A stretch of DNA of 64,000 nt from the human T2T-CHM13v2.0 reference genome, Homo sapiens: assembly GCF_009914755.1 (NCBI RefSeq), contig NC_060934.1. One strand, written 5' to 3'. Below, piece by piece: positions 28,890-64,000 of this stretch. Made by a program: the position numbers and the translations under genes. The notes beneath the pieces are model-generated. The model was not told the origin of the DNA. It saw nothing but the letters and a program-made list of their open reading frames with translations, and did not search any database. Position 1 is the stretch's first letter. Every line of letters begins with the position of its first letter.

Positions 28890-29283
28890 ATGCAGGATGA
28901 GACACATTTATTCTACATCTGGTCACAGTAAATCTCACCCAGACCACAGGCAGGATGCCACGTGGCTACAGGCAGCTGGCGGAAATGGAGATCATCTGTT
29001 CTGGTGCTCATGGCCACTCTGGGCAGAAAGCAAAGGTGCCTCATGGCACCTACTCAGAGGCACTGAGGCCACATTCCCATCTCCAGGCACCAGGGATGTC
29101 TCTGAAGGGTGATTCCATTTGGAGTTTCCAAAATCCAGGACTTCTGAGAGCCAAGCCCTAGTTCCAAGTCATCCTGAGTCCAGGCTCTGCCAGAATCTTG
29201 AGCACCTGGAGCTGGTGGCAAGGCAGCCTGGGGGCTGAAAGGGCCTCAGACTGGACCACAGGGCAGCCCAGGGGCCCTGGGCC
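28890..29283 (-). other. RRP12: RRP12 3'UTR
   Basis: From the stop codon to ~15-20 nt past AATAAA. Confidence 0.8.
28907..28912 (-). terminator. RRP12 polyadenylation signal AATAAA
   Basis: tttatt on + strand; followed on the sense strand by a CA dinucleotide and a U8 downstream element. Confidence 0.85.
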
Positions 29284-63033
<33,750 letters not shown>

Positions 63034-63478
63034 CTGTGGGAAAGAACAGAGATGGTCACCCCAGAGGGTCCCTGAAGAGCAGCTGGTGCAGCCCCTCGTG
63101 GTACTAAGGAGGACAGGGCAAGGGGCGCTGGTGGCACAGTCACTCAGAAAGTGAGCAACAAAGTCAGAATAGGCACCCACCTTATCAGCCAGCTCAGTGT
63201 GCTTTCCACCCGGGATCCCTGCCTCTCTCACCTTCCCACTACCCACTCCTAAACTCAGGACACCAATCCTCTCTCCACCTCCCCTGGCAGTTCACATCTC
63301 CAGAAAGCCTGGGGCCAACTACTCCTTCCCTCCCTTCTGCCACTCACTGCTCCAGGAATGCCCCTTCTGGGGGCCAACACTCACACTCCCTGGTATAATG
63401 ACCCAGTCACCCAGGACCTTATGTTGTAGAATGCCACCTGATATACAAGTATCTTTTAAATTGTATTTTAAAATTTCT

Positions 63479-64000
<522 letters not shown>

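Overview
Human (primate) genomic DNA, Alu-dense, recognisable as the FRAT2-RRP12 locus (recalled as 10q24). Two genes lie on the minus strand. (1) FRAT2 is intronless: CDS 6772->6071 (233 aa), inside a CpG island, with a ~1.4 kb 3'UTR ending near AATAAA at 4720-4715. (2) RRP12 contributes its last 30 coding exons (63033->29284). I traced every GT/AG junction by hand; they splice into one open frame of 1120 aa plus stop, with AATAAA at 28912-28907. The RRP12 5' end lies beyond the window. The rest is dozens of Alus, L1/L2/MIR relics, hAT and Tigger fossils, a solo HERV-H LTR (LTR7Y-like) inserted into an Alu ~4 kb upstream of FRAT2, and a ~29-copy 37-bp VNTR abutting an RRP12 splice donor. There is no CRISPR array, tRNA or rRNA, and I cannot support a wholly new gene system. 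Best leads: an ACG-initiated, RGG-rich alternative ORF overlapping FRAT2; the LTR7Y-like solo LTR as a candidate FRAT2 enhancer; the donor-adjacent VNTR with higher-order structure and decoy donors; and a stop-free in-frame 180-nt RRP12 intron. Repeat subfamily names, exon numbers and reference-allele statements are from memory, not from a search.
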